Virus genome (UHGV): UHGV-0268419
From: a virus
Direction: 5' to 3' (one strand)
Length of the DNA stretch: 48,249 nt
The translations under genes and the position numbers were made by a program. The notes beneath the pieces were generated by a model. The model was not told the origin of the DNA. It worked only from the letters and a program-made list of their open reading frames with translations, and searched no databases. Shown here in pieces: positions 9,447 to 18,866 of the stretch; within the stretch, counting starts at the first letter, position 1, and each line of letters begins with the position of its first letter.

Positions 9447-9898
9447 TATCCGCGCTCCATTTTGACGTTACAGCCGCGCCCGTTGCCTTCCAGCCAGTGC
9501 CCGATCATGCCCATCATGTAGGGTGCCTCGAAGCCTGCGCTGTATAGGCTCTGCTCGCTGTACTCGACATCGATCGCGCCCTCGATCCGGGTGCGTTTCT
9601 TATACGCGCCAGCCGATGCGGTGTTGAACTCCGTGCCAGAGTCGACGGCGTCGCACACGATGGTGTAAGTAAAGCGGAGGACTTCCGGCGGGGTGTCGTA
9701 GTCGAGACAGTTGTAGTCGTCGCAGATAGTGCGCGGCCAAATGTCCGCCTGTCCGGGTTCAGCCTGCTCGCCCTTCCATGACAGTGACCACAGCCACAGG
9801 TTAGCCTGGCGGAGCGCGGTGCTCAGCTCATCGTCAGTCATTCCCGTGTAGCCGTTGGCCGCCGCGAATGCTTTCAGGTCGTCCAGATTGCCGATCAT
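9446..9898 (-). CDS. head-tail connector protein
   Basis: The first ATG (MIGNLDDL) with a GGAG RBS is at 9898; the ORF-track start at 9925 is a TTG. The gene follows the capsid gene. Confidence 0.5.
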   Translation of the reverse strand: MIGNLDDLKAFAAANGYTGMTDDELSTALRQANLWLWSLSWKGEQAEPGQADIWPRTICDDYNCLDYDTPPEVLRFTYTIVCDAVDSGTEFNTASAGAYKKRTRIEGAIDVEYSEQSLYSAGFEAPYMMGMIGHWLEGNGRGCNVKMERG

Positions 9899-9912
9899 AT
9901 TTTGCTCCAATG

Positions 9913-9936
9913 AAAAGGGGGCCAATCGGCCCCCAT
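9913..9936 (-). terminator. attenuator hairpin after the major capsid gene
   Basis: Minus-strand GGGGGCC-gatt-GGCCCCC followed by ttttcatt, between the capsid stop (9954) and the next gene. Confidence 0.55.
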
Positions 9937-9953
9937 ATTATTCACTTCTTCGC

Positions 9954-11060
9954 TTACACACCAGCGTCTGCTACCGGGATGGTAGTTGGGGTCAGCTTCA
10001 TAATGATCCCCAGCGTCTCGCGCACGTTGCGAGTCGGCACCACCGGATCGGCGTCGTTGCCAACCGGCTTGCGGTCGGTTTCGCCCTGCTCGGCTTCCCA
10101 GTTCTCCTTCTTGACCAGGTCGGCCATGGTCGGAGTCTTCTTGCCCTCGGTGGCGGTGCGGAACGCCAGAGTAGGGCGCATGCCTTTCAGGGCGATTCCG
10201 TAGTTAAACTCGCCTTGCCACCAGCTTTCAATGTTCTCGCCACCCAGCTTGGCCGGGTCAGCAGCCATTTTGAGGCCGGTGGTCGTTACCTGGATGGCGT
10301 TGGACGCCAGACCGACGATCGCCTGATCAGGTGCGTAGATCGCTGATCCGCCAGAGGTCGCCGCAGAGATGCCAGCGCTTGCCGCGTCGGATACCACGAA
10401 CGAACGACCGAAGCCATCGGTGAAGATCTTCATGTTGCCCAGCTCAAACACCAGCTTGGCGGACTTGACCGCTTCACGGGCGGAGAACTTCGCCCACTGG
10501 GTGCCGGACATGAACCAGGTGCGAATCAGGTCGGCCTGGTCGCCGAAGATGGACGCCGCCAGCGGGAAGTCTTCGACGGTCGGATACAGTTCACCGGCTT
10601 TGCTGGTCACGTGGGCGTCCTGGGTATAGATACCCTGACCGAACGCTTCGATCGCAGCCACGCCAGCACCCATTGCTACGGTCACGTAGCGTTTCAGCAT
10701 GGCTTCCGACGCAAGGGTGGCGATCTCGGCTGCCGCGCGGTTCACGTCAGTCTCGATCAGGCGCAGCTGGCCGGAGGTGATGGCTACCGGCCCAAGGCGG
10801 CCAGCGGAGTTGATGGAACCGCCCAGGATGCGGGAAAGCACCTTCGGCTGAACCACAGTGTTAACGGGGGCGTGTTCGTTGCGATCCTGCACCAGGCCGT
10901 CAATGATCCCAATGGTCATTTTCTCCATGGTTTCCTTGATAACCTCGCCGCTGCCGATAAGCATGGTGCCACCGGAAGCCGCGTTGAACACGTTCAGGTT
11001 TTCAGTCAGAAGCTGAACGGTCGTACCGATCAGTTTTCGTTGGAAGATAGTAAAGCTCAT
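9954..11060 (-). CDS. major capsid protein
   Basis: 368 aa, following the scaffold gene. It is rich in Ala/Gly/Thr and is followed by an attenuator hairpin. Confidence 0.8.
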   Translation of the reverse strand: MSFTIFQRKLIGTTVQLLTENLNVFNAASGGTMLIGSGEVIKETMEKMTIGIIDGLVQDRNEHAPVNTVVQPKVLSRILGGSINSAGRLGPVAITSGQLRLIETDVNRAAAEIATLASEAMLKRYVTVAMGAGVAAIEAFGQGIYTQDAHVTSKAGELYPTVEDFPLAASIFGDQADLIRTWFMSGTQWAKFSAREAVKSAKLVFELGNMKIFTDGFGRSFVVSDAASAGISAATSGGSAIYAPDQAIVGLASNAIQVTTTGLKMAADPAKLGGENIESWWQGEFNYGIALKGMRPTLAFRTATEGKKTPTMADLVKKENWEAEQGETDRKPVGNDADPVVPTRNVRETLGIIMKLTPTTIPVADAGV

Positions 11061-11155
11061 CGCGCGATGTCCTTTGAGTGATTAAACGTCTGGATGATAA
11101 CCGGCAACTACTGGACAAGCAAGAAAAAGCCCGGCAATGCCGGGCCTGTGCTTAC

Positions 11156-11857
11156 TTACTCTGCGTCGCTGATGCTTGCCGCGATCTGTTCTGCGCGGCT
11201 CAGCTGCTTACCGCGCACATCGTCAAGGCTCGGGAGCTTGTCGGAAGCAGAAGGCGTCGGGGTCGGTGCCTGATGGCGGCCGGTGCCAGAGGATGCAGGC
11301 GCTACGCACACCGGCTTGTAAGTCGGGTCTGCCCTGAACTCGCCGATCAGGTCGTTCAGTGACATCGCCGACGGCTTGCCGTCTTTCAGCACGCGAGGGA
11401 TGAAGTCGGAGCCATCTTCACCACCCTCGACAGACAGGCGCTGCTGCAACGCCGGTTTGAACAGCGCGGCATACTCCTTGCCACCCAGCTCTGCGGCCAG
11501 CTTATCGATCTGCGCGTTCAGGAAGTCGTCGCGGCGCTGCCTGCCGAAGCCCTCGATCTTGCCGTTCAGGTCGGCGATCTGGCGCTTATAGTCCTCTTCG
11601 ATGGTCTTAAAGTCGCCGTTCTTCTTCGCCAGGTCAAGCGCTGCCTGTCGGGCCTTCTCTGCTTCGGCGGCCTTCTCTGCGTCGATGGTTCCCAGGCGGG
11701 TTTGAAGATCGGCCATCTGCTGCTGCATGGCCTGCACGTCAGGCATGCCTTCGATGTTCATCACGTAGTTGCCAGAATCACCGACGGCCTTGTATGCGGC
11801 CTGTTGTTCAGGGGTGAGGGCGTCAAACGCTTCTTTGTTAATCAGGTATTTCCACAT
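11156..11857 (-). CDS. scaffolding protein
   Basis: 233-aa alpha-helical, acidic, coiled-coil protein between the Mu-F and capsid genes; AGGAG RBS. Confidence 0.7.
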   Translation of the reverse strand: MWKYLINKEAFDALTPEQQAAYKAVGDSGNYVMNIEGMPDVQAMQQQMADLQTRLGTIDAEKAAEAEKARQAALDLAKKNGDFKTIEEDYKRQIADLNGKIEGFGRQRRDDFLNAQIDKLAAELGGKEYAALFKPALQQRLSVEGGEDGSDFIPRVLKDGKPSAMSLNDLIGEFRADPTYKPVCVAPASSGTGRHQAPTPTPSASDKLPSLDDVRGKQLSRAEQIAASISDAE

Positions 11858-11889
11858 GTGATAGCTCCTGTGTTGTCAACGGCACGATG

Positions 11890-13008
11890 TTAGTCTTCTG
11901 CCGGGATACGGTCAAGATCGCGAAGCTGGGAGAGTGTTAAATACTCCCCCTTGTCGTTGAACAGGTCAGGCGGCGAGATCTTACCGTCGCGGATGAGCTG
12001 CGCCCGCTCCACGCCGAACACCTGCGTTAACGTGCTCATAGGCTGGCGCTCCACCCAGCTCGAATAGTCCATGTAAATCGGCACCTGTCCGTTCATGCTG
12101 GCGCGCGACGCGCCCTTGATCTTGACTCCCGGAACGCCCAATTCCTCCCAGCTCTTGAACACGAAGGTCGACGTACTACGGCAGTTCATGTGCAGCCGCC
12201 CGGGGCCAGCGCCGTATGGCACGCTATGGCCGATCGGCGTGTGCTTCTTGTCCCGCATGTACAGCAGCTGATCGCGGATGATGCACAGCTTCGACGTCTT
12301 ATTGTCCAGCGTAGACAGCCACTGTTCTGACTTGATGAGCGGTGCGTTCGCCTCGCCGATCTTGTCCCGCGCCTCAGCTGCGACGTGCGACACTGCGCTG
12401 CGGGTGACGGTGGCAAGGTGGCGCTCGTTGGTGCCGATCACCCCGTCTTTGTAGGCCGCTGCTGCGCTGCCTTTGACCCGGCGAATGATCTGGTCATACG
12501 TCTCGCCCTGTAGAATGCCCTGCTGCACCGCCCGACCGATCGAGTCGGTCATGGCCTCGCCCAGCACTGACGGGATGTCACGAAGAAGCATGCCCTGGAA
12601 CGGGCGACTGTTCGCCGCTGCCCATACCTGAGTCTCCGGGATCTCCACCAGCCCGCCCACGAAGTCCAGCACCGGGTTAGGGATGAGCGTTCGCCACGTG
12701 CGGTACTGGTACGCCAGCTCGCCGTTACTCAGCGCCTCAAGGTCAGCCTTGAGCTGGCCGTAGGTGGTTTTGTAGATGCGGTTGATCGTCGGGTTAATGG
12801 CTGCTTTGATGGCCTCAAGACGCTTCACCGTGTAGTTGTCGGCGGAGATCTTTGAGTCGTCCAGCGCGTACAGCAGGCGGCCGACCACGTCCACGGCCAT
12901 TCGGCGCAGTAGCTGGGTCATCTTCTTCGCCTGGCCTTCGCTGTAGCGGTAGAGGTAGAGGCGGTGCCTTACCGCCTCCGACGCCATCCGCGAGTTAACG
13001 GATGTCAT
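11890..13008 (-). CDS. head morphogenesis protein (Mu F-like / SPP1 gp7 family)
   Basis: 372 aa. Shows Mu-F-like conservation (TNERHLATVTRSAV..., IIRDQLLY) and follows the portal with an ATGA overlap. Confidence 0.8.
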   Translation of the reverse strand: MTSVNSRMASEAVRHRLYLYRYSEGQAKKMTQLLRRMAVDVVGRLLYALDDSKISADNYTVKRLEAIKAAINPTINRIYKTTYGQLKADLEALSNGELAYQYRTWRTLIPNPVLDFVGGLVEIPETQVWAAANSRPFQGMLLRDIPSVLGEAMTDSIGRAVQQGILQGETYDQIIRRVKGSAAAAYKDGVIGTNERHLATVTRSAVSHVAAEARDKIGEANAPLIKSEQWLSTLDNKTSKLCIIRDQLLYMRDKKHTPIGHSVPYGAGPGRLHMNCRSTSTFVFKSWEELGVPGVKIKGASRASMNGQVPIYMDYSSWVERQPMSTLTQVFGVERAQLIRDGKISPPDLFNDKGEYLTLSQLRDLDRIPAED

Positions 13009-14615
13009 TTAGCCCCCTTCTTCGGCGCGCTGGCCTTCTTCTTAGAGATCGGCTTGTCTTCCTCCGGGTCTTTATCTTCCGGCGGATTGTCCAGCCCCTG
13101 CTGGGTCTGGCGAGCAGCAGCGTTGAAGATCAGCTGCGTTTCTTCGGCACCGTCTTTCAGCTCCTGTTCAACGTCTTCCAGATCTGCATCGTTCGGGATC
13201 AGGCCGATGCGCTGCTGCCACGCGAGGAAGTCGATCATCCGCATCATCCCTGACTGCACCGCCGCCATGTAGGCTGTCAGTTCGGTCGGGTTCAGCACGA
13301 TATCTTCGTATCGCTTGTTGATATGGACGTTCGCGCCTTCGGTGCCGGTGAAGTCCTTCACCATCTCCATTGCCTGATTGAACGCCGCCTCAACGTTGCC
13401 GACGCACTGGGACAGGATTGAGTTGTCTGTTTTCTCATCCGCGCCAGCCTGGGTGGCTGTCTTCGTTGCCCCGTTGCGCTCAACCAGCTTCGCGCCCAGC
13501 ATGGCAAGCTGCTTCTCACGCTTCTCCAGCAGCGCGGCGGCCGGGGTGTTCGGTGGTGCAACGACCATGCTGGCGGTAGGCGTGCCGGTGCCCATGGATT
13601 GCAGAATGATCGCTTCGTCACCGCCGACCTTAATGCTCGGATTGTCCTTCTGAAAGTTCTGCGGTACACCGGCGATCACGAAGGTCGGCTGGCCGCAGAT
13701 GAACGAGCTGTCGGTGTTGTCGGCGTCGGCGTTGTAGTGGGCGATATTGGTGTTCGCGATGTCGGACAGCGGAGCCGGGTCAATGTCGCTGTCGTTCTTC
13801 TCGCTGCCGAACCAGCAGAAAGGCAGATAGTCGAGCTGCTTTCCGCGAGCCATGATCGGGCGCAGTTCCGGCTGCTCCTGATTCATGTTCCCGTTCTGCT
13901 GAATGACCGAGGAAGGCAGCCCGGCGGCACCCTGTAGTTCGTCCGTCCACAGGCGGGAATATGCCTTGCCATCCACCAGCCGCAGTTCAAGGTAGCGAAC
14001 CACCTGATAGTGCTCAAAGCCGTCGTAGTCGACGTCGTCCAGGTAGCGCAGCACGATGAGCGAATATTTGCCGCCGCTCTTGCGCCAGTTGATGATCTGC
14101 CGGTGGTCGAACATGCGGATAGTCGCGCGGCCACTATTGACCAGCGTAGTCACCTGCCCGACGTCCTCCGGGGCGTCATAGTCAACCAGCAGCCCACCGC
14201 GCCCGAAGGTGATGTTCTGCGCTACGCACATTCGAACGAGCTGATCCATGTCCAGCCCTTCGCCGTCGATGTCGGTCGACAGGTAGCCGATGGCCGTCGG
14301 CAAGGTGTAGGTGGCCGGTTTGGCGAACGCGATGCCGACCATACCCATCTGCGTGCGATAGGTGGCGTTGAGGAAGTGGGCGCGGCGCTTGTACGCGTTG
14401 TAACGCTTCATTGTCCACGCTTCGGGCTTCGGCAGGTACAGAACACCGGCACGCTTGATGACCGTCTGTCCTGCAACGCAGTCCTCGATAGTGCGGTATT
14501 CCTGGTTAAACCGCTTGTAAAGCGGGTGTTCGGTGGATACCGTCCCCGCCTGCGGCAGTGTCGTGATCGTCATATCATCGTACCCATTCAATATTATTTG
14601 CTGAGATCGTGCCAT
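13005..14615 (-). CDS. portal protein
   Basis: 536 aa immediately downstream of TerL, with a basic Lys-rich C-terminus. An alternative start (MTITT, 14573) lies just after the TerL stop. Confidence 0.8.
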   Translation of the reverse strand: MARSQQIILNGYDDMTITTLPQAGTVSTEHPLYKRFNQEYRTIEDCVAGQTVIKRAGVLYLPKPEAWTMKRYNAYKRRAHFLNATYRTQMGMVGIAFAKPATYTLPTAIGYLSTDIDGEGLDMDQLVRMCVAQNITFGRGGLLVDYDAPEDVGQVTTLVNSGRATIRMFDHRQIINWRKSGGKYSLIVLRYLDDVDYDGFEHYQVVRYLELRLVDGKAYSRLWTDELQGAAGLPSSVIQQNGNMNQEQPELRPIMARGKQLDYLPFCWFGSEKNDSDIDPAPLSDIANTNIAHYNADADNTDSSFICGQPTFVIAGVPQNFQKDNPSIKVGGDEAIILQSMGTGTPTASMVVAPPNTPAAALLEKREKQLAMLGAKLVERNGATKTATQAGADEKTDNSILSQCVGNVEAAFNQAMEMVKDFTGTEGANVHINKRYEDIVLNPTELTAYMAAVQSGMMRMIDFLAWQQRIGLIPNDADLEDVEQELKDGAEETQLIFNAAARQTQQGLDNPPEDKDPEEDKPISKKKASAPKKGAK

Positions 14616-15936
14616 TATGCACGACAGGGAACTTATAGACCACCGGGTAGGTGCCTGCGTCGTTCATGTGATCCTTCCCGGCCTCCTTGTCAGGCTTACC
14701 CTTGTCGTCGTAGATCTGCTGCTCCAGACATTCGACGAATTGCGGGCACCGCTTGCTGCTCACGAATAGCCGACGGCGGCCGCTGGCGTTGCAGAACAGG
14801 GTGTTCGCGCTGATCACCCTGTCCTTCACGGCAGGGTTGGCCTGCCCACAGTAGACGTCGAACCCTGCGCTCATGAGCATCGACAGGTCTGACATGCTGG
14901 CGTTCTTGCTGCTGGTGTTGCCGCCTGACGCATCCGGGTAGACCTCGATCGGGTGGATGTAGCCATTTCCCGAGTTCTGGTACTTCTCGACCAGCCAGCG
15001 GATGACGTCCGGTGTGTCGATGCCGTTGTGTCGCTCATCCACTGCATGCAGTTCGGCAAGGCCGTCCTCGCCATAGCGCTCGACGTAGACGACGGTCGCC
15101 ATCTTGTTAACGTTGAAGTCCTGGCCGACGATCAGCGTCTCGCCCGGGATGATCTCCACGTCGGTGTCATTCAGATCTCGCTTAAAGTTCTTATAGACCG
15201 TGCCCGATTTCAGGTTGACGAATTGCCCCTTCGCGTAGGCTTCGAAGCGCTGCGGGTCGTAGCTGGCGCGCAGGGCGTCCAGGTAGTCGGCAGGCAGGAA
15301 TGGGTTGGATGAGGTGGCGGCCTGGATCATGAGATAACCGGCTTTGCGGCTGCGCTCCTTGTCCTTCGCCCAGCGGCCATACAGGAAGTTAAACCCCTCG
15401 GGCGTGCAGTAGGCGCTAACCCTATTCAGCGGGCGGTCGGACGGAAGGAAGTCGAATGGCTCATACTCCTTCGGTGACTGACGGCAGCGGGCAATGGCTG
15501 CGCGCCAGACCCCTTTGGCCGCCTCTTTCTTGAGGGTGTCGATCTCATCGCAGTGGACGCGGAACGCCTCCCAGCCGACCAGGCGAGTCGGGTTGTCCAT
15601 GGAGCGAAAGAGGAAGTCGCCGATCCCGCCGTGGGAGGTGTAGATCTCCTTGTTGCCGACGGTCTTAAAGCGAATGCCCAGCTCGGATAGGATCTGTTCG
15701 ATACGCGGCACTGCGATCAGCTTGCACAGGTCGAACGTTGGCTCAAGGATGGCGATCGTGGCATCTGCGCCACCCTCTGAGGCGTCAAGCACGGACGACA
15801 CGGCCATGGTCTGACTCTTGCCTGTACCGAAGCCCGCCACGAATGCAGGGTGTTTGCACGACAGTTGCAGAAAGTCGTTCTGCGGTGGTGTGAGTGTCAG
15901 GTCAATGAATTGACTGGCGTCAGATTGGATAGACAT
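14575..15936 (-). CDS. terL: terminase large subunit
   Basis: Walker A GFGTGKSQ and a C-terminal nuclease region. The start was reassigned to MSIQSD (15936) because the annotated N-terminal 10 codons coincide with a perfect terminator hairpin. Confidence 0.85.
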   Translation of the reverse strand: MSIQSDASQFIDLTLTPPQNDFLQLSCKHPAFVAGFGTGKSQTMAVSSVLDASEGGADATIAILEPTFDLCKLIAVPRIEQILSELGIRFKTVGNKEIYTSHGGIGDFLFRSMDNPTRLVGWEAFRVHCDEIDTLKKEAAKGVWRAAIARCRQSPKEYEPFDFLPSDRPLNRVSAYCTPEGFNFLYGRWAKDKERSRKAGYLMIQAATSSNPFLPADYLDALRASYDPQRFEAYAKGQFVNLKSGTVYKNFKRDLNDTDVEIIPGETLIVGQDFNVNKMATVVYVERYGEDGLAELHAVDERHNGIDTPDVIRWLVEKYQNSGNGYIHPIEVYPDASGGNTSSKNASMSDLSMLMSAGFDVYCGQANPAVKDRVISANTLFCNASGRRRLFVSSKRCPQFVECLEQQIYDDKGKPDKEAGKDHMNDAGTYPVVYKFPVVHNGTISANNIEWVR

Positions 15937-15966
15937 AAAAAAGCCCCGTTGTGTTAACGGGGCCAT
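15937..15966 (-). terminator. strong intrinsic terminator immediately upstream of terL
   Basis: Minus-strand GCCCCGTT-aacac-AACGGGGC followed by TTTTTT, then ATG. Confidence 0.7.
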
Positions 15967-15982
15967 GATAGCAGTTGTCAGG

Positions 15983-16186
15983 TCAGGATAGCACGCGGAG
16001 GAAAGCTGTGTACCTGGTGGCGATGTGCGCTACACCGACCAGGAGGAAGACCGCGAGCACCAGCTTGGTGATCTGGCTGACCGGGTTGGCCTTGAGCCGC
16101 TCCCTGTCCATTGCGGCCATGTGAATTGCGATCATCGCGATAGCTGTCACCAGCGCCAACCACACACCCATTACGATCCCCATCAT
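15983..16186 (-). CDS. small 2-TM membrane protein
   Basis: MMGIVMGVWLALVTAIAMIAI...LAVFLLVGVAHIA, with a GAGGTGG RBS. Part of the cassette between terS and terL. Confidence 0.55.
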   Translation of the reverse strand: MMGIVMGVWLALVTAIAMIAIHMAAMDRERLKANPVSQITKLVLAVFLLVGVAHIATRYTAFLRVLS

Positions 16187-16270
16187 TTCCACCTCGCTGC
16201 GAGTCTCATTAAAGCCTATCAGTCAGCCACTTCGGTGATCAACCGGGCAAATGGTACAAAGTGTAAGCAA

Positions 16271-16483
16271 TCAGAACAATCCGAGGGTGCGAAGGAAGCC
16301 CGCGACGATGAACAGCCAGCACGCCCAGCGGAACACGTCGCCAGCGATGTCGAAGGTGCGAGCCATCCTGATCATGCGCTTGTCTTTCCCGGCTCCGATA
16401 TCCAGGGCCGTCGCCCACCCTTTGCAGCAGAGAAAGCAAAACATGCACAGAATGGCGCTAAAGACTGGGTAGAAGGTCTGCAT
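16271..16483 (-). CDS. small 2-TM, Cys-rich membrane protein
   Basis: FYPVFSAILCMFCFLCC...WACWLFIVAGFL. A GAGGTG RBS sits after a hairpin GCGGCCC-N5-GGGCCGC. Confidence 0.55.
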   Translation of the reverse strand: MQTFYPVFSAILCMFCFLCCKGWATALDIGAGKDKRMIRMARTFDIAGDVFRWACWLFIVAGFLRTLGLF

Positions 16484-16535
16484 TGATTCACCTCATTGCG
16501 GCCCGTCGTGGGCCGCTGGTTAATGATTTGATGGG

Positions 16536-18134
16536 TTACATGGTCAGCTTATCAAGTTCGTTCTTGATGGCTTGCTTTAACGCGCTGCTCATCTCCTCCC
16601 GGACGACTTCGCGAATGGCCTCTTTCATCTCCTCGCCCAGGGTCAGCTTGCTGGCGGGAATGTTTCCGGCGATCACCGCGTTGCCGTGTTTGAGCATGGC
16701 CCAGCTTCCATTGCTGGCAACGACATCCCCTTTAAGCTGGGTGACTTTCAGTGTGCCGCACATGGTGTGCTCCGCTGGCCCGTCGATGCCCTCTGCGGTC
16801 GCCTTCACCTTTGCCTTCACCATCGAAAGAAGTTGTTCAGTGCTGTGAATGCCTGCCGGTGCGTTGGTGTACCCGCGCGCCCAAATAACCCACGCGTCAC
16901 GCTGTGCAACGACATCCTTCACGATCTGCTCCAGTGACTCAATGCGCTCCTTGCGCTTGCGCATCGCTGCGGTGATGGCAGTCCGCTGCGCCTCGCCGCC
17001 CAGTGATGACGGGCTGCAAATGACGTCTGTAGCCCAGTCGTGCCACTCATTGAGCTGACAATACAGGCGATCAATGGTGTCCGCCTGGCGCTTCACGGTG
17101 TCACGGTCAACGGCGGTGCCTGCTTTCATGTCTTCCACGAGCTGCTTATAGCTGGCGATCTCCAGACCAGCGTTAGCCAGGCGTGCTGCGAGTTCGCTGT
17201 TATTCTTGCTCATCGCCTTCGCGTCATTGGTGAGCGCAGTGCAGCGTTGCGTTGCTGCGCCGATGATGTCGCGCTTCTCTGCGATCTCTGTGTGCAGGCG
17301 GTCAATGATTTCTAACAGCTTGCTGATCTCCTTGCGTTTCTCGACCAGTTCGTTAGCCAGCTGGTTAGCCTGCTGCCCGTTCTTGTCGCGCTGGCGCACC
17401 AGGTCGACGACAGTCTGATCGAGGTGCTCGTTGCGCTTTTGCAGGTGGGCGATCTCCTCCGCTGCGTTGCGGTTGAGGTTGATCACGTCGTCCCGCTCCC
17501 GCTCTGCGGCCTCCCTCAGCTGGTCTGATGCGTAGGCTCTGTTGTGCATGGCGTTATAGTCCTTGTTCAGCTGCTTGTTTTTGTTGTGTGCGCTTTCGAT
17601 AGCCGCCGTCATGATTAGGCGAAGATTCCGGTCGTTGGAGTTGCTGGTGGGGTAGGTGGCGAAGTAGGTATCCAGGACGTGCCGGGTGTGCGTGCGCCAG
17701 TCGTTCAGGTTGCCAGCTGCTACAGAAAGATCTTCTGAGCGCTCATCCAGGCGCTGCACGATCGTTTCTATGCCAGCGGCAATGCGCTTACGCTTCTCTT
17801 CCGGCTTCATGTTGACCACCGGCAGGCACTTGAACTTCTGCTCAAGCATTTCGACGCCGAACACCTCCCACTCGCTGAGCGCCTTGATCTTGCTGTCGCG
17901 ATCAGCCTCAAGCGATGCCATAACCTTCATGACGCCCTCAAGGCCCAGCGCCAGGGCAAGCAGGGTGCCGACCTTGATTTTCACGTGCTGCTCAGCACCA
18001 CGGTCTGCGATCTCGACGACGATGGCGCGCGCCAGCTTGAGGTTATTTTCTGCACCTGCCTCGCGGGAAGCGCAAGCGAGAACGCCGCTAACTGGTGCCG
18101 GTGCCGGGGAGGTGAATTTCAGTGATTCAGTCAT
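16536..18134 (-). CDS. 532-aa coiled-coil protein of unknown function, an accessory (moron) gene between terS and terL
   Basis: Long heptad-like helical segments and no Walker motifs. It has its own upstream TTGACA-N17/18-(G)AATAT promoter and hairpin. Confidence 0.6.
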   Translation of the reverse strand: MTESLKFTSPAPAPVSGVLACASREAGAENNLKLARAIVVEIADRGAEQHVKIKVGTLLALALGLEGVMKVMASLEADRDSKIKALSEWEVFGVEMLEQKFKCLPVVNMKPEEKRKRIAAGIETIVQRLDERSEDLSVAAGNLNDWRTHTRHVLDTYFATYPTSNSNDRNLRLIMTAAIESAHNKNKQLNKDYNAMHNRAYASDQLREAAERERDDVINLNRNAAEEIAHLQKRNEHLDQTVVDLVRQRDKNGQQANQLANELVEKRKEISKLLEIIDRLHTEIAEKRDIIGAATQRCTALTNDAKAMSKNNSELAARLANAGLEIASYKQLVEDMKAGTAVDRDTVKRQADTIDRLYCQLNEWHDWATDVICSPSSLGGEAQRTAITAAMRKRKERIESLEQIVKDVVAQRDAWVIWARGYTNAPAGIHSTEQLLSMVKAKVKATAEGIDGPAEHTMCGTLKVTQLKGDVVASNGSWAMLKHGNAVIAGNIPASKLTLGEEMKEAIREVVREEMSSALKQAIKNELDKLTM

Positions 18135-18211
18135 TTTGATGTCCTGTGCAGTAGGGGCAGGATTGCCCGGCCCCTATATTCCTGCGCAGTCATATATATG
18201 TCAAGCAGTAT
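18135..18211 (-). promoter_or_regulatory. promoter plus hairpin in the terS-cassette intergenic region
   Basis: Minus strand reads cTTGACAtatatatgactgcgcaggAATATAgGGGCcgggcaatcctGCCCCt...AGGAcatcaaaATG. Confidence 0.45.
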
Positions 18212-18709
18212 TTAGTCGTCACCCCAGTCGACGGCTTCGGACTCCTCGCGCGGCTTCTCATCTTTCGGCCGCTCGCTGACGATCTTCAACCGCACCGGCT
18301 TGTTGGCATCACCGGTCACGACGATCTCAGTGTTGTCGCGATAGCCGAAGTTCGCTTTCAGCATGAAGGTCGCGAAAGTGCTGTTCGTGGCGAAGCCAAT
18401 ATTCAGAATCATCTGCTCGTAAAGCTCGCGCGCCTGCGTGTAAGCGACAGAAAATTCCTTATGCTTCGAACGCCAGTCGTGAAAAGTCGTCGTCGTGATG
18501 CCGATGCTCTCGCAGAAGTTGAGAATAGACGGCATGTTCTTCGGGTTAATGCGGATGTTGCTCTTCCCGGCTGTCGTGTGTGAGTGCTGGATATAGTCAT
18601 CGACGTCGACACGGAAATATTCAAGGAGTTTTTCCGGCATGTCCTCGGTGTAGCTGGTTGGTCTGCCGACTGGGTTCCGAGGTGTCGTTACCTTCACCTT
18701 ATCAGTCAT
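18212..18709 (-). CDS. terS: terminase small subunit (Terminase_2-like)
   Basis: The start was reassigned to MTDKVKV, which has a strong GAGGAAAA RBS. Shows the GRPTSYT HTH, HDWRSKHKEF...AY.QAREL.E...L...FMLKANFGYRD pattern. Confidence 0.8.
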   Translation of the reverse strand: MTDKVKVTTPRNPVGRPTSYTEDMPEKLLEYFRVDVDDYIQHSHTTAGKSNIRINPKNMPSILNFCESIGITTTTFHDWRSKHKEFSVAYTQARELYEQMILNIGFATNSTFATFMLKANFGYRDNTEIVVTGDANKPVRLKIVSERPKDEKPREESEAVDWGDD

Positions 18710-18777
18710 GTTGTTTTCCTCTTTCAAGTGGCTCTGCCCCAGTTTACCCCTATACGGCATGGTGGGGAGAATAAAAA

Positions 18778-18804
18778 CGCGCAGCCACTGCGTAGCGCTT
18801 TTTT
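18778..18804. terminator. bidirectional hairpin terminator upstream of terS
   Basis: aaaaacGCGCAGccaCTGCGtagcgcTTTTTT. Confidence 0.5.
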
Positions 18805-18866
18805 CTTCCCCCATGTGCGTAAGGGTGTACGTGTTTCTGTAATTATATGGGTTTTATATATAATAG

